Assembly (NCBI GenBank): GCA_000708835.1
Contig: DF236976.1
Location: forward strand, 186,001-250,000
Source: Klebsormidium nitens
Taxonomy: Eukaryota > Plantae > Klebsormidiophyceae
Length of the DNA: 64,000 nucleotides
Direction of reading: 5' to 3'
The notes beneath the pieces are model-generated. The model saw only the letters and a program-made list of their open reading frames with translations, searched no databases and had not been told where the DNA came from. Positions 47,703 through 64,000 of this stretch are shown in pieces (position 1 is the first letter of the stretch; every line of letters begins with the position of its first letter). A program made the translations under genes and the position numbers.

Positions 47703-50700
47703 CTAGAACGGGGGCAGGTCACTGAAGTCAATGTCGTCATCGCTGTCGTCTGCGTCCCCGACTTGCTCCCACGTCATGTTGGTGCGCAGCTTCTGGTTGT
47801 CGCGGTATGCTATCAGCAGGCACGCAGCTTTGTAGGCAAAGGACCCCAGTATCAACGGCGCGAACTGCAAGCGCCGAAGATGCATAAGCGAGCTGTTCCG
47901 AGCTCCAAACTGTTCTTCGACATGCACGGTTTGAGCTTTCAGGGGACGCCGGCTAGTCTAACGTCGGCACTGAATCTAGAGAGGAGTTCAAAACGAGCAG
48001 GAGTAGTTGGACGGACGCACACAAGGGAAAAACACTGGACCAAACACTCCCCAAAAAAATAAATTACTCCCTCGCAGGTCAACGATTTGGCGTCAGTCAA
48101 GCTGTACAGAATTTCATCAACGGCGGCCAATAACACCAAGGGCGACCAAGATTGAAAGCTCCTGGGGCAACGCAAAACTGCTGGTATCACAGTTCGCTGA
48201 CGTGCTTGATGACCACAGCACAGCGCGGGGCGCTGACCCCAAGAAGCGACCTTAAGGATAGTAAGCTTTGTATTCGTAAGGCACCAGTCTGAGAGTGGTA
48301 GGGTTACTTTGGAGATCTAGAACGGGTCAGGTGCGGAGCAGACGACCTCAAGAGCGAGGGTTTAAGTGTTTACTTTGGAGCTTACAATCCCTGACACGAA
48401 AAAGCACTACATTTGTCACGACATGCTGACCTTAAGGTGGAACCCCGTTGGCTCCGCGGCCAGCGCGTTCCACTGCGCGAAAACTAGGATGAGGCCCGCG
48501 AACGGCAGCAACCGTGCGGACGACCACGGCTGCCGCACCCCCGACGCCAATTTCTCCGCAAACGCACTTACACCGCGACTCGTCACGCCTCGAGTTTGCC
48601 GGCTGCACGGCGAATTTGTTTCAATTAGACCAGGCGGAGAGCGGTTTCTGCTTGTTCTTTCGACTTTTGTTAAAGCAGCAACCACTGTTGGGTACTTCTT
48701 GCCCCCCTTCTAACAGACCGTCGTCCGATCTTCGGCCGAAACTAGTCTGGCTGAGAGCAGCCCCCTCTCTAAAATGCCCTCATACCCGAAAGTACTATCG
48801 AAAAAGCCTTTCTACGAACTCTGCTTCGTGCTTCCTTGCTCGTTACTTTGCAGGTTGCATTTGTTGGCTTTGACGACCAGAGCTGAGCACCGGGCAAACG
48901 GAGGACGGTAGGATTGCACGGAGTCTGGCAAACTAATACGGAAATGGTCGGAAACGGTCTCACCTCCTAGACCTTCGTTGCCGAAAAACTTCCGAGACGT
49001 CCTTGCGCTCGACGCTGTCGGCATAGCGCATGAGCAATGCCAAGTATGCAAAGCTGCAGGCAGGCAAGCGGAGGTCGATCATTGGGTGCGAGTGGATTGG
49101 GACGAGGAGGTAGGTGGTGAACAGCGGACGCAACGGAGAGGTGCTGGATAGGCGTGTCCACAACTGTGCATGGCAATTTCGTCACCCGTGTATACTGTGA
49201 CTGATTCCGTCTGAAACAGTCCAGCGTCTAGGGTGGGCATGAGGAACCTTGACGGCAAAGAATGACCGGGAATGTAGGCGTAGTCCGCAACAGCCAACCC
49301 AAACGATGCATCAAATCACCAAGGTGCGGAATTCTTTTTCTGCTCGTCCTTTCTGAGCAAAGTAAAAGACAAAAGAAACCGTGCCGGCCCGTGAGAGCTC
49401 TTCAACGGTGGGGCGTTGCATGTGCTTCCAGCTCTTGCTCGAAGTTTCACAAAGCAACGGGGGGTAAACTGGAGAACGGCTCACCTCCCAGCAACACCGA
49501 CTGCATAACTCACAGTATTCTGCACAGACAGCACACACCGTTTGGCTTCAACTTGGAATACGAGTTGCCAGCAATATTTAACACAAATCTACATGCAAGG
49601 TCCATCGCTACAACATTCCTAAGCAGGGTGCAAGAGCTAAATTAGAAGAGGAAGAACCACAGGCCCGGCTGCCGAGTCCACTACGCATCAGAACGTCGGT
49701 CCAACTAAGGCCCGAGGACAGAAAGCGTAAACTTCGGTCGCCGTTTCGGGACCCCACCTTGGCGATGGATGGATGAATATCACGCCTCCAAATTACACTG
49801 AGTAGGGCAACTTCGGCCGTCGATGAAATGGGTGATAGCCAAGGCGGAATCAGAATTTACGACGAGAACCTTGTTCTTGGGCTCTGCTAGCATCCCAACC
49901 ATGAGGCTGCCTTCCCGCAGACATCCAACGGAAGGACGGTGTCGCTGTTACGCAAAAGCCGCTCAGAGGAGCTTAACGGGAAAGGTGCCCACCTCTATGT
50001 CGAACGCAAAGAATATGTACAGGTCGACCGCCGCGGCAATGGCCCCGGTCATCAGCAAAAGTTCCTTCTTCAACTGTGGGGTAAGGCAAGGGCACCGGTC
50101 AGAGCAACGTAATTGAGTTGCTTGAGCAAACAAGCAGCTTCTGGTTTACTGCACAAGTGCTTTCCGACCTTGAAATAATGCACGACTTGCGGATGGGGCA
50201 TAAGTATGATTCTTGGAGGAACAGGCAATGATGTTGTTGCCCTGGTCTTCAATTGAATCATGCCAGTTCGATTTTCAAGAGCTGCGGCCTGAGAAACGAT
50301 TGAATCGCTTCTCACCGCATCATACGCCGCTTGCGCCTCCTGCTTGCGTTCCTCAGGACTCTGGTACTCAAACTGCAACACAATCCCAGCTTAGCATTCA
50401 CTAGTTCCTCAAATCAAACGTGGCTGCACTATCTGCCCGGTCACATGTTCACATGTCAGGCAGGACAGTCGACAGTGGGAATCCTTTCACCGCACAGGTA
50501 TCACGAGAAACTGCAAATAGGCAAGAAACAGCACTGTTTTGTCCACAAAGCCAACAACGGGTTACGACGCTATCCACCTGTCCGAGGAAGAGACGACCAC
50601 TGACTTGTGAATCAAAAAGGAACATCAGGAATCATGCTACGCTGGCGGAGCCGGGTTTTGCAAGCTCACCTGAACTTCTTCCAGTGGGGCGGTAGTAGGG

Positions 50701-52015
50701 GGCTCCCCAACGCCCACCACCCAGTCTGCCGCCTGGGTTAATCGCAAGAAGCCCTCCTGCAACACATTCGGCGCGGCTTCCTGCAGGACAGATTACTAGT
50801 TACAGGGCTGCCTTTCAGGAAGGCGCAACAACAAACATGTTGGTCCACATAGAAGTCGTCCACGGTGTCCAGCTTTACCTGCAAGCCACTGCTTGGGCCC
50901 CCAATTGCCCGCAGGCCGAGTCCAGCAAACAACCACTCTTTGGAAGGAATGGCAGATAAAGGAAGACCCCTTGTTTCAGTGCAGCCATGAGTGGTTGCCC
51001 GAAGTGCAAAGATCTAGCATCTGAGGCATGTGATTGGCCTCAAACGGTTGCGAGCACATATTCCAGAATCTAGGAGAAGACAAAGTGCACTTTTACGCAC
51101 CCCCTCTTGGGGCCTGCTGCTTTCAGCCCTGCTTTCAGCCCTAGTGGGGGAGGAGGTTTTCGGGGCTTCCGCCCGACTGGCTTCCCTCTCCTGCTTCAAC
51201 GTCTCCGCCGCAACCTTGTCGGAGATGACTGAAGCTGGCGTCTGCGTTTTGGCCAGCGAATCAAAGTACTCCTGCAGCGTCAGCTCACCGCCTGAAAGCA
51301 CAGGGCAGAGATGCAACTGAGAGAAACGGCGGTCCAGATCTCATCGTACTGGCTGTAGCAGCATATTCCCGCCGTCTTGTGAGTCTTGTCATTGTAGAAT
51401 TCTGCTTTGAAACGTTACTGACGCAGCAAGGCAAACTTAAGCCCAGCCAGCGAGCCAGGCGTTGGACGAGAGACGATGTTTGTAAGACACATAGTGGCTG
51501 GAGAGTGACATTTGGAACCAGCAATTGTCAGAAGCTGGAATACAGAAGGTTCAATGCTTTTGTGAAAGTCAACCACTGCTGTTTGGTTTCAACGAGCGCC
51601 CTGCACCAACTCCACCACCAGAACCATCGCAACGTTTAGTAGCAGGCTACAGTTATAGGAAATCCGCTCAATCAAGCCAACAGGTGCACATTTAACACCA
51701 CCATTAGAGATTGACAAGGACTCCACATTCCCTCTCTACCATTGTGTAGAATTGGACCTCCAATGGTTTGGCTACAGCTTTCGAATGTAAGATCTTACGT
51801 GGGGCGTCTCTGTCCTCTGCCACCGCCATCATTTGCACTTTTCGGCGACACCTTAGTCTCCTTGAAGCCCTTTGCGTTCTCTGCGCCCAACTTTTGGCAG
51901 CATTGTTGCAGTGCAACTGAGAATGCGGGGTTGCGGGGCTTTTCGAAGCCTGATGAGTTTTCTGAAAGCGTGCAACGTATATGACACGCTGCACGAGCAC
52001 AGAACCGGTCGCCAT
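47703..52015 (-). CDS. CGL160/Atp1(AtpI)-like plastid membrane protein
   Basis: Transit-peptide-like first exon (MATGSVLVQRV...RRLRCRRKVQMMAVAE), then QEGFLRLTQAADWV, YDA/LKKELLLMTGAIAAAVDLYIFFAF, TVSYAVGVAGSFAYLALLMRYADSV, SSARLLPFAGLILVF, HLK/FAPLILGSFAYKAACLLIAYRDN. This gives four hydrophobic helices arranged like the CGL160/Atp1 membrane domain. The family assignment is from memory of motifs. Confidence 0.7.
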
Positions 52016-52164
52016 GGTTCTGCAAAATGATATACAGGGATGGTTCGACACAGAATCTGACTAGAACAAGGGGCGCCACACCATCAGTGTGAGGGTTAAA
52101 GCTTGCTGTTCGAGGATTTCAAGTTTCAAGAGCGAACAGAACCGTAGTCTTAGAGCGCCCATTA

Positions 52165-52448
52165 CTGGATCACCTTATTTTTCGCACCGCTTATTTGCAA
52201 TATTTTTTAGCGAATTTAGGATTTTAAAGTGCGGTTTTCTCCACATATCCAGGTTTTTCAAGAGCTATCTGCCGATGACGTTCGATCCAGAATTGACCAA
52301 CTGTAGGTCATGCTCCGGAGTCAAAAACCTCGGTTTTCCGCACAAAAGAGCTGATCCAGTTTTGGACAGTTGGAAATACGAGACTGGATCAAGATAGGTC
52401 CAGTTTAGGGCGGAGGTGATCCACTAATGGTACGTGATCCGGTTTTGG
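52165..52448. promoter_or_regulatory. Repeated TGATCCAG-like motif in the divergent promoter between the CGL160-like gene and the thiolase
   Basis: ctggatca (52165, 52384), cgatccag (52283), tgatccag (52352), tgatccac (52417), tgatccgg (52435). The 14-mers tgatccagttttgg and tgatccggttttgg differ by one base. Confidence 0.35.
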
Positions 52449-52766
52449 GCGCTCTACGGTAGGTACAATATTATGGAATCCTCCACGTTGAAGAAACTCT
52501 GAACTTGCTGACATCAGCCGCTTTTTGCACTTTCAGGCAATCGCAGCCGTCAAAATACTCTACTAATATCATCCGACGCTACTCATTCCGCTGAGCTTTC
52601 CTCGTCAGGAGCTCAGATCATAGCAGCACTGGCAGATCAGCCGCTGTGATCAACAAAAGCAGAGAAGAGAGGGACAGAGGCTGCACAGAGGAGCACAGAT
52701 TGCCAGTCCTCTACACACCTTCGATACCAGAAAAGCCGTGTTCAGGGTGGTACACAGCGCTTCAGA

Positions 52767-56795
<4,029 letters not shown>

Positions 56796-57329
56796 GCGTC
56801 GACATAGGTTGTTGTTTCGTAGACCTTGAGCTGCTGTGTTGCGGAAACATTCAATGAGTTGGACTGCCCTTGGGTGCACCTTGTTGCCCTTGCGTGCATT
56901 CAAAGGTTTCTTAGAAGGTTCTTGATGACATTTCACTTTTCGAATGTTGCAGGCAAACGCAACAATCGGTCATCGGCCAAGCTTCTCTTTGATCATCTTT
57001 GAAGTTCCCTTTGTACCCTTTCTTATTCTCCATTTTCCACTTTTTGGTGCTGGTTGTCAAGGTAGCCAAGCCTTTGCACGCACGTTACAAAGATTGGATA
57101 AGGCAAGTTCAGTGTGGCGATCTTACTCAAAAGAAGTGGAATGATGCTTGGAAACGTGAAGGAGTCAATCTGCTTGATGGTGGCAAAGTGGTGTCAACGG
57201 TGCTCATGACCCTCATTGATGAGTCGGGGTCGTGATCACATCATTCGCTGAAGATGGTGGTCTGTATATGCTTCCAAGATGTTGTATATACCGTACGAGA
57301 TTGATGCTGAGCTGCGACAAGCTCGAGGA

Positions 57330-57800
57330 TCATTTTGGCCTGTAGATACGGGGTCGTAGTGCACGAACATGCCACCGAACAGTACGATGCCCGCGTACGA
57401 TGCAACCATATGTGGCCCTAAAATTTTGCAACACATAAGCGGGCCATAGTGGGGACAGTCCGGTCTACCTAGTTGCATGTCAACGAACCGCGGAAGAATG
57501 GCAAAACAATGACTTTTCGCTGCCCGTAGCAATGTTGGCCCCTTTCTTGGTACCTTTAGCAAGGGATAGCAGCAACCGAACTGTCTCGCGTCCATTTGAC
57601 GAGCTACAAAGCAACGACATAGTAATGACCACGTCACCTTATGTAAGCCGCCGATCGGATGACGTCGACGGCTCAAAGTTGCTCCTGGACAATCTTTTGA
57701 TGAACATATTGCCAACTCGTCCCTCTAGTTACGGGAGAAGGTATGTCGGACACGTGGCGATATTTGGAGCAAAGGGGTTGGTCGCCGCCAAAGCGGTCAC
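57330..57800 (-). pseudogene. Possible decayed ankyrin-repeat fragment
   Basis: One minus frame reads ...NGRETVRLLLS...KGANIA...*...*TGLSPLWPA...RGHRTV, resembling G-x-T-P-L...G-H-x-x-V-V-x-L-L...G-A ankyrin motifs but interrupted by stops. Confidence 0.25.
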
Positions 57801-58416
57801 TTTTTGATTCAACCGGGCCCCAAGGCTCCTCGATCAGGGAAAGTATTCAGACCGGTCAAAGTACGCCGAAAGCGCTGCTCAGCGACTGCAGAATCTTGGG
57901 ATTCAGTCCTTTCACCTCAAGATCCACGTTGGTGCAAAAGCAGTTGCTTGGTCCGCCGCCTGTGCGTCTCCGTGATGCAGGAAAGAAGAAAACGTGCAAT
58001 GCTGAGGGGACGAGAGCCTTCCTGCCGCTATTCTGCATGAAAGCCCGAGAGCTCGACATCCGTTGAAAAGGTTTTGCTGCAGTGAAAAGGCCACTCTTGG
58101 TAGTTGTGTTTCATGTTTGTATCCGGCGCACCTGTGTTCCGTCAAAACACTGGGAGTAGAGCTGCAAAGCGTGTGACAGTCTGCAGCAGGAAGCGAGCTG
58201 AGCGGTTAAGTCTTTGAATGCTCAAGGACTCCCTTCCACATTGTTGCGCTGCCTGTATTTGTGGACGAGTAAAGTTTTAGGGGGTAAACTCCTTCGGCAC
58301 AGAGAAACTTACAGCAGCAGCGCCTAGATTTCTGCAAGGTCCTTTGAGGTTGGGAGGTCCTGACAGACAGGTAGAAAGGGCTCTCGCCGAGCCCTTGTCT
58401 TCTGGTGCCAGAGCTT

Positions 58417-61400
58417 ATGGCAGCTGCCGGGATGGCTAGATGTTTGCAGGCGCTTGATGTTCTGCAGGAACTGCAACCCTTCACACATAGCCGCAGTGCA
58501 GGAGCCGCGGCTTGCTCATATAGTCCAAGCTCGCCAAACCTCTCAAAACCGGTGCGGTTTGCATGCAATGCCAACCTTGATAGAAAGCACAGCAGGCCGG
58601 CGTTTCTGGCCGGAGGCCTGCCCATCCCTTCGCCCCACCGAAACAAACACCGCTTCCTGTTGCACTCAAAGAACGGCGGTCGGACAGCATATGCAGAGAA
58701 ACCGGAGAAGAAGGTGCCGTCAGTTTTGTCAGCAGCCAGTGATTTGAATGACCGGGAGCGGGGGAAGAAAGGGGCAGGCAATGAAAAGAGCGCAGCTGCA
58801 GATGAGGATGCAGACGGGGCTGCGTTGGCAAGCGGGGGAGCACTTGCTGGGGTGCTCTTGGTGGTCACCCTGGCGACGATGGCAGGACTAGGCTTTGTAT
58901 TTAAAGACCAGATAAATGCGGCGCTCATCCAATTTCAGGGGATACTCGAGAGTAAGTGTCCCAGTTTTTGAAGTTTCAATTTTTTCTTTTTTACTGTGAA
59001 CACCTGGTACGCTTGCGGTTGTTAAGACCGATTGAAGCAGGTCAAATCCAACATATTTAGGCCACTGGTAGTGCCCTGTGGCATCCCCGTGTAATCATGT
59101 AAGCATAGGCCAAAAACTGTTGTTGAGCAACGGAAAGTCGTAGGCCCCAGCGTTCTTTCTAGAAAGTTTGGCGTTGAACAACTTGTTTCATTGCACAAAA
59201 GAACTTGCAGTTGCAGGGATTTAGATCTCACCTTTTGCCCGGGCTTTGTGCCGTTTCTGGTGTTATACTTTCTCCGGGCTTGTTTGTCATCCTGTGCCAG
59301 TGCATGTTGAATCACTATTGGAATTCTGGTCTCACTGCTTGCTTAACAATTCAGTTACTAGTTACAATTCCAGTTTTCTAGTCACCATCTCACAATATTT
59401 TACATAGACACAGGGAGATTGCCATCGACTCTTTGGTTAATAGATGCATTGCTGCAAACCTCTTTGTTGAGTCTCAGATGTTCTATTTCAAGAAATGTTT
59501 TGGCACCTTGGTGAGGCTGGTGCGCGTGAAGTGCAAGCTTGAATGACCCTTCTGATCCACACAACTGGCTAAAACAAATCTGAAGCTTCTGGAATGCTGT
59601 TCTGAAATTACTTATTGAGTTGGCCCCCCTTCATGTATTTGAATTAATACCACAAGGCTTCGTCTGGCAGATCTATGCAGAGACCTCCTTGCTGCTTGCC
59701 AATGACTGATTGCCACCTGTCCCGCATGCAGCCCTCGGGCCGTCCGCTTACGTCATCTTTGTGTTTGCATATGCGGGCCTGGAGGTGAGGCCTTAGCATT
59801 GAGATGGCCTTTAAGCGACACATCAACATTTCTCCACTGGATTTGAGTATTGATCACACCCTCCCTCTTTTTTGCAGCACTAGGCCCCATAGGATATGTG
59901 TATTTTCTCCTAGCTTACGCAGGATTAGAGGTGAGCACTTGTCATAGCCGCACATACCCACCACTCAGGGCAGAATGTTGCAACCATCACCAAACAATGT
60001 CTCTTGCACCTGCAGCACACTCAAATCAGGCACACTCGAGTCATGCACTTCCGACCATCAGTCTATACATGCTCTGTCACATGTAACCTGATTCCCTGAC
60101 TTCAATGCAAATGTTTGCGGCTGGGCCGATTGCATTTCAAGAAGGTTTAAGAAGGTTTTAAGTCGGCTTGGGGTACAATCAAGATATTGCCCTGCACAGC
60201 AAGTTCCAATCAGTTGGTCCTAATATGAGGTTGCACCTGTCAAAAGTAAAGTGGCAAGGGGCAACAGATCAAGTGCTAAATTTGAACCTCAGAGCATTGC
60301 AACATAAAACGCCAATTCTGTTATGATGACCAGAACACAAAGGCAATCAAGGACGTCGCCACTGGTCTCTTGGGGCGGTTGTCACCGGCCGCTAAACTTG
60401 TGTGCGCGTGAAAGGAGCATCTATCACCTGACTCTGCACGCTTGCTTTCACTTACTTCGCTTAACCCATGGTTTGTGTTGACGTTTCTACAGGTCCTCGC
60501 AATCCCTGCTATCCCCCTAACCATGTCGGCAGGGCTCCTCTTCGGACAGGCTACGGGAACAGTCATTGTCAGTGCGGCTGGCACGGTAAGTCCCGATTGA
60601 AGACGTTTTTCTTGAGTTTTTTTATCATCATTTATCATCTCTTCCTTTGCTCTATTTTCCCTCGTCCTTTCCTTTCCCTGTTCTACAATGTTCCGCTCTT
60701 CGTGGAGGCATCGAGTACAGAACACAGGAGAATGAAAGCAAAGCTGTGGATTGAGTGCTTTTTGGCATTGGCAGTCCTCTCTACTTTTCTTCTGCTGGTC
60801 AAGATCCGTCGGACAGAACAATCAGGGTCTGTCGAAAAAGTCCCTCTGTTTCGTGGGACAATCTGTTCTCCGAAGAAACATCAAAATGCTGTTTCAATAA
60901 TCCGTGTGGCAGGATCCACACAGTCGAAAGTCGAGACCATCACCAGAATGAGTACTCAAGACGTAGACTACAAGAACAACTCTCTCTTGTCTTTCTCCCC
61001 AGCTCGCAGCCACCGTCTCCTTCCTGATTGCGCGCTACCTGGCGCGGGACCGCATCCTAAAAATCGCTGAGAAGAACCCCAAGTTTTTGGCGATTGACAA
61101 GGCCATTGGCAAGGAGAGCTTTAAGGTCGTCACTCTGCTGCGGTTGAGCCCACTGCTGCCTTTCTCTGTCGGCAACTACCTCTACGGCCTCACCTCCGTC
61201 AAGCTCGTGCCGTACGTCTTGGCCAGGTATGTTTTCACCGCTTCGGGCTTTTCAGGACTGTGGGGTTTTCAAGATCTAAGCTCGGGTTCACTTTTTTCTG
61301 CTCGTGACATGGTCCGGATATGGTGAAGGGAGGAAAGAGGTTCAGCTGTTTGCTCGTGACATAAGCCGGATATGGTGAAGGAAGGAAAGGACAAATAGTA

Positions 61401-62755
61401 AGAGTCTGTTGGCCCGCGTCTTGGCAAGGTCAGCGCGTGGCGGCTGGCTTGTGTTGCGCACTAGTGCACCTCCCTGGCCATCTCCTCGTAGAAGACGAGA
61501 TCTTGTTAATATCGATCCGGGAGTTCTCGAGTGCAAGTGGAAACTTCAGGAGGTGACACTAGCTCAAAGTGCAAGGACGTCAAGCGCTGTGCCCCTGGTT
61601 GCCATTACTTGGTAATAACGAGGGAGGTTTGTAAAGGTACGATGGAGGAAGCTTTAACCCTCTGGCCTAGTTCGATCACCCCGAAAAGCGGGTCTGGATG
61701 TGCATCAAACGGCGACTTTCTGTGCAATTGCAAAACTGACCCACCCTCTCCCTTGTGTAGTTGGATCGGCATGCTCCCTGGCACGTTCGCATACGTCAGC
61801 GCAGGCAGCGTTGGCAAGACTCTCCTGGTGAGACGCAACACGCGTGTCTTTCTTTATTACTCTTACGTGCGACATCCAACTTGCAGTGATTGAGTTCGCG
61901 GATTATTCACTTGGACGTTTGTACTTGATTCTCTTTCACATTTGCAAACCTTGTGTCGTCCTGGCCTCGATCTCGTGTCATGTGCCCCGCCTGTAAACAT
62001 CCGTTGCCCAAGCGGCAGAGTTATGCACTGGACTGGGTGGCGCTACGTCGATTGATCGGTCTAGTCAACGGAGATGCCTACACTCGTCCTTTTTGATGTG
62101 GTCATGCCTAACCAGGATACTCATTAGTTTTGACAAGCGTTCCTGTTGCACCCAAAGCTTGGTGCCGCGAACGCGGTTACTTCACTTGAGCCGCTTGAGG
62201 ATTTTGTCAGCGAGCCCTCAGCAATAAGTAAGCCTTGAGCCGTGCCAGCTGACTGATCCCCGTCGCTGTGTGTTGCAGCAAGATTCTGCCGACGGCATCG
62301 TTGGGAATGGCCCATCCGGGCAGATGCAGTTGATAACCCTGGGTTTGGGCCTGCTAGCCACGGTGGGAGCGACGTGGTATGTGGGCAAGTTGGCTAAGGT
62401 ACGTGGATACGTCTTTCTTTGCCGGCACAAAAATCAAGGCTGTGCTTTTGAGCCCTGCCGCCGTGCGTCTAGAAATGGAAGCACCGGGCAGTAACCTGGG
62501 TCTTTCAGAGGGACGACAGTGGTTTGCGCTTCTGTTTCAATGATCTGCCCTAGCGCTCGCTTTTGGATCTTCAGGAAATGCTGACGCGTTGGTCATATGC
62601 TCTTTGGGGATTCATATCGTCACATAAAAGTGCTCTGCACTTGGAGCGATTGGCAGGTTAAGGGTTGACTGCAAACCTTACGGAAAGTTCATTCGGTCTG
62701 ATTCTGACGGATTACTGCTCGTTATCTGCAGACTGCGGTCGATGACATTGAGTAG
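58417..62755 (+). CDS. TVP38/TMEM64 family (VTT/DedA, SNARE-associated Golgi protein domain) membrane protein with plastid-type N-terminal extension
   Basis: Exons 58417-58951, [59732-59784 or 59878-59930], ~60492-60586 (VLAIPAIPLTMSAGLLFG), ~61002-61226 (VSFLIARYLAR...AIDKAIGKESFKVVTLLRLSPLLPFSVGNYLYGLTSV), ~61761-61828 (WIGMLPGTFAYV), ~62279-62398 and 62732-62755 (TAG). Confidence 0.93.
59732..59930 (+). other. Tandem duplicated, mutually exclusive exon pair (2 x 53 nt)
   Basis: Exon A 59732-59784 (cag|...|gtgagg; TLGPSAYVIFVFAYAGLE) and exon B 59878-59930 (cag|...|gtgagc; TLGPIGYVYFLLAYAGLE) have the same length and phases. Including both would shift the frame. Confidence 0.8.
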
Positions 62756-64000
62756 TGAGGCGGGACTAGCACTGTACAGAGGAGTGAAGTTATTCTAGAG
62801 GAATCCCGTTTTTGCGACTACGGTACTCCACCAGTCCATGCAAGCAAGCGTGGCCAGCTTTGATTTTGATTCTATTGTTTGGGTCTAGCGGCGAACGGCA
62901 AACAGCTTTGTCACGATCAGGTAGGAAGAGTTGGACGCGTTGTCAGGGCAGTGTTGCAGGTTAAAAACCAATTATTGCATCATGCAGCACTGTACTTCAT
63001 TATGTATCGTCGAATTGAAGAACTTGTGCCTACTTTCTCTGTTAAGTTCGAGCACCACGTCATCATTAACTGCGTACGTCTAACCTAGCTAAAGATCAGG
63101 TATCGTGCTGACGCATGCACTGTTCGGGCTTGCGTGTCGGACGGCTTGAGCTCTGATCGGACGTTGGCCTAACCAAGAAGGATGAGTTTTTGGGAGACTG
63201 CATACAGCTGTCGTGATTAACTACCTAAGGTGTTGCAGTGCCGTGTAGAGTATATTGCGACGTGCCGTCACTGCATATGGGACTCCTGCCAGGGCAACTC
63301 GAGTCAAATATATATATAGCCGATCCAAAAGAATGGTGATCACCTTGGCTGCACATGATTTGCGTGCACACGTGGACGATTTTCACGCACGTGATGATCT
63401 TGCCACATGGCATCAATGAACGATGTGCGTGCGTGCAATTAGTACCCAGGTATCTAGCTACACGCGATCGGGGGCAACGGCCCCCGCAGGCTGCAAATGG
63501 TGAATGCCCTTCTACATATAATAGTGCGACTGAGGCATGGGCGCGAGCTCACGCCGGGCCCATGTGCTGCAAGTTGAGTGCACGCTCAAGAATCATGTGC
63601 AAGCTGTCGGACGGATCGATTCCCGTTTCATCGATCGCAACAACAGTGGCTGCTTTTGGACCATGTAACACATTACGTGCCCTTGCGGCGGCAAACGCCG
63701 AGTATGCTGCACTCAGTGGTGCAGCTGCCATGCTCGCCAGTGACTGGCAATTAAGACCATTGCACTAGCGGCAGATCTACAGCCTTCGCCTAGAAGCTTG
63801 CACTGCAAATGATCGAACCCTTCCATAAGGTACAAGCGCATGACTGTCGGTCGTGATTGCTCAATCTTACCAGTGTACTTTTTGATCATCGATTGAGACG
63901 GTCGGGTCTTCACCGCATTTGAAGTGGATGCTCGACTAAGAAATTTGGGATTATAAAGAGCTTCCCCGTTGACAATAGCGAAAGCACTGAAGACCAAGTC

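Overview
This is eukaryotic, intron-rich nuclear DNA (mostly GT-AG introns, GC-rich exons). The combination of plastid-type genes, ciliary genes and a peptidoglycan-binding protein best fits a streptophyte green alga such as Klebsormidium; that assignment is inference. Eight protein-coding genes were reconstructed by hand from splice sites and reading frames. (1) A minus-strand protein with a CHD-type SANT-like domain that runs off the left edge. (2) A peptidoglycan-binding-domain protein with a Cys-rich tail. (3) A ~24 kb, ~17-exon minus-strand gene for a ~4,900-aa RNF213/mysterin-like AAA+ ATPase/E3 ligase with an RZ finger and no visible RING. (4) IFT22/RABL5, head-to-head with (5) DNAI7/CASC1. 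(6) A CGL160/Atp1-like plastid membrane protein, head-to-head with (7) acetyl-CoA acetyltransferase. (8) A TVP38/TMEM64 (VTT/DedA) membrane protein with a pair of tandem, mutually exclusive 53-nt exons. The most striking item is the complete, apparently intact RNF213-like machine in a green-lineage genome, followed by the mutually exclusive exon pair. No rRNA, tRNA, CRISPR array or intact mobile element could be supported.
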